A DNA stretch of 32,000 nt from Synechococcus elongatus PCC 6301 (GCF_000010065.1 NC_006576.1:780001-812000), one strand, 5' to 3'; shown: positions 17,030 to 26,392, numbered from the stretch's first letter. The notes: generated from the letters alone by a model not told the origin. Made by a program: numbers and translations.

Positions 17030-17362
17030 CTAGCGCAGAACGCGTACTCGGACTGGGCCGCTCCAGTTACTGTGGCCACCCAGATCTCGCATGGCGCCGT
17101 AGGCTAAGTCGAGGTCGCAATTGCAGCGATCGTTGACGCGAACCGTCACGCTGCGGCCGCCCCGACTCACTTGCAGCTGGGTCCCCATGGGATAACGGGC
17201 GCTCGCTGCGGTGTAGCCATAGTAATTGAACCGTTCACCACTCGCGGTTCGCCCATTGTGATAGGACGAATGGTAAACCGTTGCCCAGACTTCCGAGGCC
17301 AAGGCAGACGTGGGGGTCAACAACGCGATCGCTGCTGAGCTCGCAAAGATGAATTGTTTCAA
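17030..17362 (-). CDS. RlpA-like double-psi beta-barrel (DPBB) protein, secreted
   Basis: Signal peptide MKQFIFASSAAIALLTPTSALA. YHNGRTASGERFN...AASARYPMGTQLQV...VTVRVNDR is the RlpA/DPBB signature. Confidence 0.8.
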   Translation of the reverse strand: MKQFIFASSAAIALLTPTSALASEVWATVYHSSYHNGRTASGERFNYYGYTAASARYPMGTQLQVSRGGRSVTVRVNDRCNCDLDLAYGAMRDLGGHSNWSGPVRVRVLR

Positions 17363-17626
17363 GAATTGGAATTGAACTCTTCACACCACCAGGGCTTACT
17401 AAGAAGCGACCTGAGGGACAGTCGAGAGGCAGAAAGGACAATCACTAGAGTCCTCTCGTCGTTTCGGCTAGGAAGAGGTTGAAGGCGCCGAAAACGCGAT
17501 CGCCTAGGGGCGACGATACCCTGTCATGGGTAAATATACCATCTGACCCTCAGATTGGGTTTGCTTAGTCGTTCGCTTTGGCTATGGCTACGATCGAGAG
17601 GCGCTGATTTCAGAGAAATTACCTGC

Positions 17627-17995
17627 ATGGGTCAAGGTCAAAATGTCCTCGGTCAGGACCTCGAAGTTTGCTGCTGTGCCCCGATGACCGGCTGGTATCG
17701 CAATGGTTTTTGCCAAACCGATGTCCAAGATCGCGGTAGCCATACGGTCTGCGCTGAGATGACAGAAGAGTTTTTGCTGTTCTCGCGCGATCGCGGCAAT
17801 GACTTGATGACGCCTCGCCCTGAGTTCAATTTCCCCGGACTGAAAGCCGGCGATCGCTGGTGCCTCTGCGCCAGTCGCTGGCAAGAAGCTTTTGAAGCAG
17901 GCATGGCACCGCCGGTGGTTTTGCAATCAACTGAAAAAAGCGCCCTGCGCTACGTCAGCTTGGCGGATTTACAAGCTCATGCCCTGCCGGTTTAG
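17627..17995 (+). CDS. DUF2237 family protein (Cys-rich)
   Basis: NVLGQDLEVCCCAPMTGWYRNGFC...GSHTVCAEMTEEFL...GNDL..PRPEF.FPGLKAGDRWCLCASRWQEA matches DUF2237 as recalled. The first ATG within the 17555 ORF is at 17627. Confidence 0.72.
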   Translation: MGQGQNVLGQDLEVCCCAPMTGWYRNGFCQTDVQDRGSHTVCAEMTEEFLLFSRDRGNDLMTPRPEFNFPGLKAGDRWCLCASRWQEAFEAGMAPPVVLQSTEKSALRYVSLADLQAHALPV

Positions 17996-18064
17996 ACCGC
18001 AAAATCTGGGGGCGATCGCCGTGATCAGCTAGGGTGCAAGCATGTCTTTCTGCGAGAGCGATCG

Positions 18065-19111
18065 ATGCATAAGCTGCCCGTGACGGTGATCACCGGCTTT
18101 TTAGGAGCTGGCAAAACGACCCTGATCCGCAATCTCTTGCTTAATAATCAAGGTCGCCGGATTGCGGTCCTCGTCAATGAGTTCGGCGAAGTCGGCATCG
18201 ATGGTGAGTTGCTGCGCAGTTGCGGCGTTTGCGATGAGGATGAAACTGCAGACAGTAATATTCTCGAACTGGCGAATGGTTGCCTATGCTGCACGGTTCA
18301 AGAAGAATTTCTGCCAACCATGCAAACGCTGTTGCAGCGGCGGGAACAGATTGACTGCATTGTGATTGAAACCAGCGGGCTGGCTTTACCTAAACCTTTA
18401 GTCCAAGCCTTTCGTCGGCCCGAAATTCGGACTGGGGCAACCGTCGATGGGGTGGTCACCCTCGTCGATGCTGTTGCCGTTGCAGCGGGTCAATTTGCAA
18501 CGGATTTGGATGCCCTTGAAGAGCAACGCCAAGCAGATGACAGTCTTGATCACGAAACGCCAATCGAAGAGCTATTTGAGGATCAATTAGCCTGCGCTGA
18601 TCTCGTGTTACTCAGCAAAATCGACTGCCTCTCACCCGAAGAGAGCGATCGCGTTCGCCGTTGGCTGAGTACGCAAGTGCGATCGGGTGTGCCGATTGTG
18701 CCGGTGACCAATGGTCAACTTGATTCAGATGTTTTGCTGGGCTTTAATGCAGCAGTTGAAGATAATTTAGAACAGCGACCCAGCCATCACGATCACGAGG
18801 AAGAGCATGATCACGATGATGCGATCGCGGCTGTCCATTTAAATCTGGATGCGGAATGGCAGCCAGAAGCATTGGCTGAGCGACTGCAAGCCTTACAGCA
18901 ATCCCAAACGCTCTATCGTGTGAAGGGTTTTCTAGCCGTTCCGGGCAAATCAATGCGCCTTGTTTTTCAGGGTGTAGGCCCACGCTTCGACTGGTTCTAT
19001 GACCGTCCTTGGCGATCGCCCGAAGAACGCCGTAGCCAGTTAGTTGTGATTGGTGAAGACCTCAACGCAGAGGTCCTACAATCAGCTCTCAATTCTGTTG
19101 CTGTTAGCTAG
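18065..19111 (+). CDS. COG0523-family (CobW/YjiA-like) G3E GTPase metallochaperone
   Basis: P-loop GFLGAGKTT, metal-binding GCLCC, and the His/Asp/Glu-rich insert HHDHEEEHDHDD before the C-terminal CobW_C-like domain. Confidence 0.9.
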   Translation: MHKLPVTVITGFLGAGKTTLIRNLLLNNQGRRIAVLVNEFGEVGIDGELLRSCGVCDEDETADSNILELANGCLCCTVQEEFLPTMQTLLQRREQIDCIVIETSGLALPKPLVQAFRRPEIRTGATVDGVVTLVDAVAVAAGQFATDLDALEEQRQADDSLDHETPIEELFEDQLACADLVLLSKIDCLSPEESDRVRRWLSTQVRSGVPIVPVTNGQLDSDVLLGFNAAVEDNLEQRPSHHDHEEEHDHDDAIAAVHLNLDAEWQPEALAERLQALQQSQTLYRVKGFLAVPGKSMRLVFQGVGPRFDWFYDRPWRSPEERRSQLVVIGEDLNAEVLQSALNSVAVS

Positions 19112-19138
19112 GCTTTCAGCAGACAATATCCTCTAGTC

Positions 19139-19168
19139 AGCGATCGCCTGAGTTAAGTGGCGATCGCT
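19139..19168. terminator. Hairpin built from two inverted HIP1 copies (AGCGATCGCC - 10 nt loop - GGCGATCGCT)
   Basis: A perfect 10-bp stem between convergent genes, starting 28 nt after the COG0523 stop. There is no strong U-tract, so terminator function is uncertain. Confidence 0.35.
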
Positions 19169-19239
19169 CATTAATTCAATGATTTTAGAGCACTGCAGTT
19201 GAGACCTTTACTCATCTGGATCTCAATCTCACTGCAACT

Positions 19240-20190
19240 TTAGGCTGGCTGGAGCTGCTGGCGAACTTGCTGGGCAATAAACGGCAGAATCGCTTCGTTA
19301 TTGGCGTGTTCTTTGCCTTCGGTGAATGCGACTAAAAGATGGGGTGGCAGTCCCGGAATTTCTAGATAGGCAGCATCATGGCGGACTCGGCTCATCCAGC
19401 CTGCTTTAGACCAGAGCTGACTGCCTTGAGGCAAATCTTGACCGAGGAAACCTGTAACTTGATTTTCCGGATCTTCCGCAAGCGATCGCGGATCAAAAGG
19501 CCGGTTCAATAGGTTCAACATCCGCTGTGAGGCAGAAGGAGAAACAGCAACGCCTCCAGCGATCGCATGCAATAACCGCGCCGTTGCATTGGTTGTCAAC
19601 TTGTTGCGGTTCTCAAATTCGGGACCATAGAAGGCACGTTCCCGACCATAAGGGCCATCACCCCAGGTTTTTTGATTGACGTTAATGGGCTGTAATTCCG
19701 GCCACATCAACGACTGGTAATAGCGATTGACAATGTTGCGCTGAAATTGCCAGGTTTTGAACGGTCCATCGCCTAATTCGGGGCCACTGGTGGTGCCGCT
19801 CAGTAAATCGACAATGTAGCCCGTCGCATCGTTACTGGAATCAACAATCATGTCTCGCAAGGCGCGATCGAGTTCTGCACTGGGCTGAATCATGCCCTGT
19901 TGCAACCACTCCAGTGCTGCCACTAAGTAGAAGAGCTTGACAACACTGGCTGGATAGATGGCTTCATCACCGCGATAGTGAAAGCCGCGAATTGGCAATG
20001 ACCAAAAGCTTTGGGGGGCGATCGCGCCGCCGGTATTCACAGGAACCGGATCGTCGTAGACAATCCAAGTCAGCGCCAATTGGTTGCGTGCCAACTGCGG
20101 AAATTCAGCCCAGGTGGCAGCAAGCACGGCCTCGCCCCAGAGAGCCAGCGTGGCATCCGTTTCAAAGAACAGCATTGGCGAACCTTCCAC
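19240..20190 (-). CDS. Serine hydrolase, class A beta-lactamase-like, no signal peptide
   Basis: SxxK motif in YPASVVKLFYL, SSND (SxN-like), and a later KAGW (KTG-like) triad. The start could be the internal MLFFETD at 20175. Confidence 0.68.
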   Translation of the reverse strand: MEGSPMLFFETDATLALWGEAVLAATWAEFPQLARNQLALTWIVYDDPVPVNTGGAIAPQSFWSLPIRGFHYRGDEAIYPASVVKLFYLVAALEWLQQGMIQPSAELDRALRDMIVDSSNDATGYIVDLLSGTTSGPELGDGPFKTWQFQRNIVNRYYQSLMWPELQPINVNQKTWGDGPYGRERAFYGPEFENRNKLTTNATARLLHAIAGGVAVSPSASQRMLNLLNRPFDPRSLAEDPENQVTGFLGQDLPQGSQLWSKAGWMSRVRHDAAYLEIPGLPPHLLVAFTEGKEHANNEAILPFIAQQVRQQLQPA

Positions 20191-20213
20191 CCAGAAGCCT
20201 CGAGTCTACCGAA

Positions 20214-20912
20214 TTGCCGGCCCCCACTCACTGGCAAATCACGACTGATCTCAACTTGTTTGATTCCCCTGCCTGCGATCGCCTTGCCACCCAAGCAGCA
20301 GCCGGTCGCCGGTTGCAGATTCTGGAACAGCAAGATCAAGCTTGGCTGGTACGACTGGCCGAAGATGACTACCCGGGCTGGATTTCAGCCAACGATCGCC
20401 AACACCTTCAACCTGCCAGCCTGATTTATCAACCCAAGCAACACGATCGCGCCACAATTGAGGCCGTAATTCCAGATGCGATCGCCTTTGCCCAAGCTGC
20501 GGCAGCTCAACCGAATGTCTATCTCTGGGGCGGTTGCTTGGGGCCTAATTACGATTGTTCAGGATTGGTACAGACCGCTTTTGCAGCGCAGGGAATTTGG
20601 CTGCCGCGCGATGCTTGGCAACAGGAACAATTCTGTGAGTCATTACCCAGTTGGAAAGCGGCAGAACTTGGTGATCTGATCTTCTTTGGTCGACCCGATC
20701 GCTGTACCCATGTGGCGATCTACTTAGGCGATCGCGCCTATCTTCATAGTTCAGGGCGTGAGATTGGGCGCAATGGTATCGGCATCGACTGGCTCGATCC
20801 AACAGCCGATCCTGTCAGCGATCGCTATTGGCAACAGTTACGGGGTGCCGGTCGGATTATGCGCAGCTATCAAACAGGATGCGATCGCTTCTCGGAGTGG
20901 CTGCCCAGTTAA
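20214..20912 (+). CDS. SH3b + NlpC/P60 (C40) cysteine peptidase, no signal peptide
   Basis: Catalytic Cys context NYDCSGLVQTAF and His context CTHVAIYLGD..YLHSSG. The N-terminus (LNLFDSP...EDDYPGWI) is SH3b-like. The track ORF starts at 19992 inside the opposite-strand gene. TTG 20214 is the first plausible start after 20190. Confidence 0.72.
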   Translation: MPAPTHWQITTDLNLFDSPACDRLATQAAAGRRLQILEQQDQAWLVRLAEDDYPGWISANDRQHLQPASLIYQPKQHDRATIEAVIPDAIAFAQAAAAQPNVYLWGGCLGPNYDCSGLVQTAFAAQGIWLPRDAWQQEQFCESLPSWKAAELGDLIFFGRPDRCTHVAIYLGDRAYLHSSGREIGRNGIGIDWLDPTADPVSDRYWQQLRGAGRIMRSYQTGCDRFSEWLPS

Positions 20913-20972
20913 TAACTAGACTGCTTCCAGCATCCTTTTTGCAGTGAGTGATTGAAGGAGCTCACAGACTTG

Positions 20973-22679
20973 TCAGTCATTAGCTCGGAAGTAATCGAGC
21001 CAGCGATCGCCAGAATCTGCTCGAACCAAGGTGACTACTAGGCTCGGGATAGCAGCCAAGTTGGGATAGACAAAGTAGCGTGGCTGCCAGTCGGGATGGA
21101 ACTTCTCTTTGAAGCTGTGCAGTCCTTGAAAGCGATAGAAGCGATCGAGGTGGCGATAGAGGTAATCTAAGCCCTGTTCCACTTGATTCGGTTGATCGAG
21201 TTGATCCAAACCAGAAAGAGCCGAGAGTCCTAAGCTGAAGCTATCAAAGCCTCGATCCTTAGCAGCCAAAATCGTATTGACAAGTAAAAACTCCATCGTG
21301 CTGCTTTCAGCACTGGGCAAAAAGCGAATTAAATCGAGCGTCAGTTCATTGCGCTGAAATTCTTCAACCCAGTTGGCAAACGCTTGAATTTGGCCATCCT
21401 GCGATCGCACGACAGCAATGCTGCCACTGGTGAGGTAATCGCGATCAAACCAGCCTACCGAAAAGCGTTTTTCTGGCCCTTTCATCCGCTTCAGCCACGT
21501 ATCGCTGACGAAACGCAATTCAGGTAGCAAGGGGTATATTTCTGCGGCTGGAATCACCTCAAAGCGGTAGCCAGCTCGTTCCAAACGACTGAGGGTACTG
21601 CGGAAGCCCCGCCCTCGTTTGCCCTGTAGGCTAAAGTCTTGCAGAGGGATGACGGCTTCTTGACCAATTTGATCCGAGGCTAGGCCCTGACGCTGATAGA
21701 GCGGCAAGTCATCGGGTAGAACCTGATAGAACGCAGGCAACCAATCGTTCTGCTGACATTCCCGCAAAAACTGCTGAATGATCGCCTCGCGATCGCGGGC
21801 AGGACCAATTGGATCACCCAAGGCGATCGCTCCCCGCCCCCGTTGCACAAACGCAATCAGACTCTCACCGCTGGGACTAAAGCAGTAGGATTTGTCCTCC
21901 AGCAACGTCAACCGCGCCAGAGAGGTATGGCCATGGGCCCGCACGATCGCGGTCGCCTGCCGTCGTTCTGTCACCGTCGCCGGTGGTTGCCAAACAGGTT
22001 GTAGCAATAACAAAAAGGCATAGCCAAGCGTCAGTAGCCCGACGCTAAAAATTGATTCCGCAAACAGTTGACCAAACCGTGTTTGGGGCAATGCCACACG
22101 GGCATCCCAGCTAAAAAATAGCTGCAACACCTGTTGAAGAGCCGTGAATAGATCGAAGTCGCGGGAGTAGTGGCGATCGAGCCAAAACGGCCCCAAGGTG
22201 CCGTAGGCCAAACTGAACAGCAGCGCCCCCAACAGTACCCGCACCGCTCGCACCCGCGACGGCGCATCCGAGCGCGCGATGTAGATCTTGCGATCGCCGA
22301 CCAAGCAACCCAGCAAGATCAGGTCGAGAGCAATCAAAGCTGGATGGTGGGCTCGCACGCCTTTGAGGGCAACCGAGAGACTTAAAAGCAGCACCGTCAG
22401 CAGCCAAGCGACCTGCTTGCGGCGCAATAGCTGATTGGCTAGGGTCAGCAAAATAAAGCCAATGACAGCTCCAGCGACTCGCCCTTGCGTTTCAACGGTC
22501 AAAGTAGCCAGTTGTCCTAGCCAGCGCGATCGCTCAGGCAGATGCGGCAACACTGCCACGAGTAAATTCAGGCTGCCCGCGATCGCCGTCAGCACAGCAA
22601 TCCAACGCACTCGCACAGCGGGCGATCGCAGCCCTGCGATCGGTGGGAAATGTTTAATTTGGGACCACACGATAGTCAT
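20973..22679 (-). CDS. MprF-like aminoacyl-phosphatidylglycerol synthase (TM domain + DUF2156/LysX-type domain)
   Basis: About 270 aa of hydrophobic helices are followed by a soluble domain (SYCFSPSGESLIAFVQRGRGAIALGDPIGP...) of the DUF2156 type. The ATG at 22679 overlaps the upstream gene end by 26 nt. Confidence 0.7.
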   Translation of the reverse strand: MTIVWSQIKHFPPIAGLRSPAVRVRWIAVLTAIAGSLNLLVAVLPHLPERSRWLGQLATLTVETQGRVAGAVIGFILLTLANQLLRRKQVAWLLTVLLLSLSVALKGVRAHHPALIALDLILLGCLVGDRKIYIARSDAPSRVRAVRVLLGALLFSLAYGTLGPFWLDRHYSRDFDLFTALQQVLQLFFSWDARVALPQTRFGQLFAESIFSVGLLTLGYAFLLLLQPVWQPPATVTERRQATAIVRAHGHTSLARLTLLEDKSYCFSPSGESLIAFVQRGRGAIALGDPIGPARDREAIIQQFLRECQQNDWLPAFYQVLPDDLPLYQRQGLASDQIGQEAVIPLQDFSLQGKRGRGFRSTLSRLERAGYRFEVIPAAEIYPLLPELRFVSDTWLKRMKGPEKRFSVGWFDRDYLTSGSIAVVRSQDGQIQAFANWVEEFQRNELTLDLIRFLPSAESSTMEFLLVNTILAAKDRGFDSFSLGLSALSGLDQLDQPNQVEQGLDYLYRHLDRFYRFQGLHSFKEKFHPDWQPRYFVYPNLAAIPSLVVTLVRADSGDRWLDYFRAND

Positions 22680-23700
22680 CCAGCAAAATTCGCAGACAGC
22701 CAACCGTCGGTACTGCCAAGATCACACCCAGTAAACCGCCGAGCTGCGCCCCAATCAAAATAGCCATCAGCACCCAAACGGGGTGAACCCCAATTGACTT
22801 GCCAAACAGGCGTGGCGCAATCAGGTTTTCAATCAGCTGATCGGTGCCCCAGCAGAACACCAAGATTCGGAAGCCCAGCCAAGGATTGCTGAACATCTGC
22901 ACGATCGCCAAGCTCACAATGCTGATACTGCCACCAAACGGAAAGATCGCCAGTAGGCCAATGCCGCAGCCCAGCAACAGCCAAAAGCGCAGACCCAGCA
23001 ATAACAAAACAATGGTTGCCGAGCTGCCGATCAAAAAGGCGATCGTCATCTGGCTAAGCAAATAGTTGCGGAAACTCAGCTCCAAGGCCGATCGCGCCCG
23101 CGATCGCCAACGTACAGGCAACCAGTTGTAGAGTCCATCCCAAACTTCATCGCCGCGTAGCAATAAATAGAAGCTGATCACCAAGGTCAGCATCGTTTGC
23201 AAAGCACCACTCGCCACTCCCAAGAGCAATTCCAGCAAGCGGCTCGTCAAAGCCTGCAGCTGTTCCGACAGGCGGCTCACGACTGTGCCTAACACCGCTC
23301 GCAGATCCAAGGGAATCCGGCTAAAGAAGGGGTGTTGTTCGAGCAACTGAAACTGCTGAAAGCCATCATTGAGCGATCGCGGCAGCGTATTGGCCAAGGC
23401 AGAGACCTGGTTGATCAAAATCGGCAAGAGCGTCACCGTCACTAGCAGCAGCAGGACAACAATCACCGCCAAAATAATCAGCACCGCCAGCAGACGCGGT
23501 ACCCGCCAGCGCTCTAGGGCCCGCACCGGCAGCCCAAGGATGAACGAGAGCAATGCTGCTGAGAGAAAAATCGAAATGGGGCCACGAAAGTAATCCCAAA
23601 TCAGCAGCACACACCAAGCATTGAGCAGAATAGCGGGCAGCCAAAGAAGCGGTTGGAGGGTCGCAATGATGTATTTCAGGCGCCGCTGCCAGCTCATCAC
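22654..23700 (-). CDS. AI-2E family transporter (PerM/UPF0118)
   Basis: A polytopic membrane protein of 348 aa with the typical AI-2E layout and a C-terminal P..V....I..A...G..G..LAVP motif region. Confidence 0.82.
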   Translation of the reverse strand: MMSWQRRLKYIIATLQPLLWLPAILLNAWCVLLIWDYFRGPISIFLSAALLSFILGLPVRALERWRVPRLLAVLIILAVIVVLLLLVTVTLLPILINQVSALANTLPRSLNDGFQQFQLLEQHPFFSRIPLDLRAVLGTVVSRLSEQLQALTSRLLELLLGVASGALQTMLTLVISFYLLLRGDEVWDGLYNWLPVRWRSRARSALELSFRNYLLSQMTIAFLIGSSATIVLLLLGLRFWLLLGCGIGLLAIFPFGGSISIVSLAIVQMFSNPWLGFRILVFCWGTDQLIENLIAPRLFGKSIGVHPVWVLMAILIGAQLGGLLGVILAVPTVGCLRILLDDYRVVPN

Positions 23701-23778
23701 ATTCGGGGAAAAAGGCTCTCAGCATCGTACCCTTCCCCTCTGCCGATGTAATCGTTGTCCGTAGCGCGTCGCGATCGC

Positions 23779-24804
23779 CTAGTAGCGAATTCGGGGGTCA
23801 ATCAGGGCGTTGATGAAATCGACCACGATGCTGGCTAGCACCACCAAACAACCAAAGAAAACGATGATGCCCTGCACCGTCGAATAGTCTCGCAGGGAGA
23901 TTGCTTCGTAGAGTCGGTTGGCCAGCCCCGGCCAAGAGAAGGCGACTTCCGTCAGCAGAGCACCGCCCAGTAGGGAGGCCAGGGTGAGTCCTAGCAGGGT
24001 CACGACTGGAATCAGAGCATTGCGCAGGGCGTGATTGAGCAACAGCCGCCGTTCTGATAGGCCCCGCGATCGCCCGGCATCGATGTAGTCTGCTTGGAGC
24101 GACTGCCCCAGATTGACCCGCACCAGCCGTTCAAACACACCACTCAGTAAGAGACCGAGCGTCAGGGCTGGGAGGGCTAAATAACGCAGCGCCAAACCCG
24201 CTGCCCGCCAGTCGGCCTTGAGCAACGCATCGAGCACATACAGGCCGGTCGGTCCTAGGGGCGGATCGAGGGTGACGGGGTAGCGAGTGCCGACCGGGAA
24301 CCAGCCGAGATCGACGGCAAACAGGAGTTGCGCCAGCATCGCTGCCCAGAAGGTCGGCAGAGCGTAGGTCAAAATCCCAAACAGGCGACTGGCCGTTTCG
24401 CGCCGACTGTTGGGTTTCGCCGCAGCCATCAGCCCAAGTCCCAGACCAATTGCGATCGCGATCGCTAAGCTGGCAATCGCGAGTTCCGCTGTCGCCGGGA
24501 AATATTCGCCGATGATCTGGCGTACGGACTGACCTTGGCTACTAAGAGATTGCCCGAGATCGCCTTTGAGCAGTTGACCGAGATAGTCGAAATATTGCTG
24601 CCAGAGCGGGCGATCGAGCCCGAGTTGCGATCGCAGGGCTAGGCGAGCTGCCGCCGGTGCTTTCGGCCCCAAAATCGCATCGATCGGATCGCCGGGCGTC
24701 GCCCGCAGCAACAGGAAGATCAACGTCGCGATCGTCCAGAGCATCAGGGGCAGCAACAATAGTCGCGCCAGCAGGTAGCGGCCCAAATCCCTAGCGCGCG
24801 ACAT
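23779..24804 (-). CDS. ABC transporter permease (DppB/OppB-type)
   Basis: N-terminal LLRATPGDPIDAILGP and an EAA-loop region (DYIDAGRSRGLSERRLLLNHALRNALIPV). It overlaps the upstream SBP gene by 14 nt. Confidence 0.9.
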   Translation of the reverse strand: MSRARDLGRYLLARLLLLPLMLWTIATLIFLLLRATPGDPIDAILGPKAPAAARLALRSQLGLDRPLWQQYFDYLGQLLKGDLGQSLSSQGQSVRQIIGEYFPATAELAIASLAIAIAIGLGLGLMAAAKPNSRRETASRLFGILTYALPTFWAAMLAQLLFAVDLGWFPVGTRYPVTLDPPLGPTGLYVLDALLKADWRAAGLALRYLALPALTLGLLLSGVFERLVRVNLGQSLQADYIDAGRSRGLSERRLLLNHALRNALIPVVTLLGLTLASLLGGALLTEVAFSWPGLANRLYEAISLRDYSTVQGIIVFFGCLVVLASIVVDFINALIDPRIRY

Positions 24805-26392
24805 TTTTCACCTTGCGAAGTTGGCCAAAGGCGATCGCCCCCGAGGCTCGAATATTGCCACCCTGGATGTAGGGCTGACTGAATAGATATTCGCGATTTT
24901 GCCAGAGCGGAATGAAGGGTAAATCCTCAGCGCTGAGCTGTTGAAGCTCCCGCAACAGGCGATCGCGAGCTTGGGGATCCGTACTTTCTCCTGCTTGTTG
25001 AAGCAGTTGGTTGGCGCGATCGCTGTAGTAGAAAGAGCCTTGATAGTAGCTGCTGCCGGACTGACAGCCCTGCTGCGGATTGCCCTGGCTACAAGCGAGA
25101 AAAGGCTGCAAGTAGTTATCGGCATCCAGAAAGTCGGGCAACCAGTCGAGCAAAAATAGGGGATAGGCACCTTTCTCCAGATTTTCGTAGGCCGTGGTCG
25201 ATTCCACACCCTGCAGCTGCAGGTCAATCAAACCGTCTAGTTGCTGCTGGACTGAAGCACGCAGGGTACTGGCAGCCAAGACATTGCTATTGAGATTGGA
25301 GCGATACCAGAGATCGAGCTTGAGCGGCTTGCTGGAGGAATAGCCTGCGGCTGTTAATACCGCTCGGGCTTGCTCCGGATTGTTGCGCGGAAAATCCGGC
25401 TCCGAAACCGGAAACTCCGAAGGAACCAAGCTGTAGAGGGGTTGCACCTGTCCATAGAAAACGCGATCGCGGATCACATCGCGGTTGATCGCCAGTGCAA
25501 GGGCTTGCCGCACCTCAGGGCGATCGAGGGGCGGGCTGAGGACGTTGACCGTTAGGTAATAAATGCCAAGGCCATCGTTATTGTTGATTTGAATTCGGCC
25601 CTCAGCGGCCTGCTGGCGCAATCCCCGAATTTGTTCGGCATCCAAGCCCTGATAGGCGACATCGACTAAGCCAGTCCCTAGAGCACTGTAGAGATTGGAG
25701 GGGCTGGAGAAAATCTGAATATCGAGACCTTCGTTGCGGGGTTTCTCGCCCCAGTAGTCACGATTGGCCGCCAGTCGCAGGCGATCGCCCTGAAATGATT
25801 CCAGACGATAGGGGCCAGTGCCGACAAATTGCTGCGGTAGAAATTGTCCGGCAGCCGGTTGATAGGCTTGCGGCGAAACTGCACAGAGGCCCGGGAAGGT
25901 CAGCAGGGCGAGGAAGGGTGCAAAGGGAGCTTTGAGCTGAATCGTCAGCTCGTAATCGCCAGTTGCCTGAATGGAGGCCACGCGATCGCCCAGCAAATAG
26001 GAAGGGCGGCCACCGTTTTTGATGAAGCGTTGCAGAGAGAAGGCCATGGCCGCCGCATTAAACGGGCTGCCGTCGTGGAAGCGCACATCCTGCCGCAGGG
26101 GAATGCGATAGGTCAGGCCATCCGGACTGATCTCTGGCAGAGCCGTTGCCAGTTGCGGCACGATTTCAACGCTATCGGGTCGCGTTGTATAGAGGCGATC
26201 GCCGAGGGCATAGAGCAAAGCTCCCGAAAGCAGTTCATAGGCATCGGCGGGATCCAGAGTTCGCAGTCGCGCTGCCGTTCCCACCACAATGCGATCGCTC
26301 TCGATCGCCTTTGGGAGCGCCACACAGCCCACCAGCCCTACACAGAGCCAGAAGAGCAGCAGACAGCCCAGCAACAGTTGACGCAGACGCAT
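24791..26392 (-). CDS. ABC transporter substrate-binding protein, family 5 (peptide/nickel type)
   Basis: 533 aa with a signal/lipoprotein-like N-terminus (LVGC). The SBP_bac_5 pattern (VRFHDGSPFNAAAMAFSLQR) is present. Confidence 0.88.
   Translation of the reverse strand: MRLRQLLLGCLLLFWLCVGLVGCVALPKAIESDRIVVGTAARLRTLDPADAYELLSGALLYALGDRLYTTRPDSVEIVPQLATALPEISPDGLTYRIPLRQDVRFHDGSPFNAAAMAFSLQRFIKNGGRPSYLLGDRVASIQATGDYELTIQLKAPFAPFLALLTFPGLCAVSPQAYQPAAGQFLPQQFVGTGPYRLESFQGDRLRLAANRDYWGEKPRNEGLDIQIFSSPSNLYSALGTGLVDVAYQGLDAEQIRGLRQQAAEGRIQINNNDGLGIYYLTVNVLSPPLDRPEVRQALALAINRDVIRDRVFYGQVQPLYSLVPSEFPVSEPDFPRNNPEQARAVLTAAGYSSSKPLKLDLWYRSNLNSNVLAASTLRASVQQQLDGLIDLQLQGVESTTAYENLEKGAYPLFLLDWLPDFLDADNYLQPFLACSQGNPQQGCQSGSSYYQGSFYYSDRANQLLQQAGESTDPQARDRLLRELQQLSAEDLPFIPLWQNREYLFSQPYIQGGNIRASGAIAFGQLRKVKNVAR

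Noticed and set aside
17555-17626. Upstream 24 codons of the DUF2237 track ORF (non-ATG start).
   Set aside because: DUF2237 homologs, as recalled, begin close to the NVLG motif. The ATG at 17627 fits. The extension is Leu/Arg/Ser-rich.
17996-18064. Search for a Zur or Fur box upstream of the COG0523 gene; I also looked in 17363-17626 and 27914-28144.
   Set aside because: By eye I saw no AT-rich 7-1-7 type palindrome, only HIP1 sites. I cannot exclude a divergent operator without a matrix scan.
19992-20213. N-terminal 74 codons of the 306-aa NlpC/P60 track ORF.
   Set aside because: This part overlaps the 5' end of the opposite-strand serine hydrolase gene and is Arg/Pro/Ser-rich. The SH3b-like similarity begins only after about 20220, so a TTG start at 20214 is preferred.
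22680-22703. TTG-initiated 8-codon extension of the MprF-like ORF.
   Set aside because: An ATG at 22679 is available. The extension only deepens the overlap with the upstream AI-2E gene.
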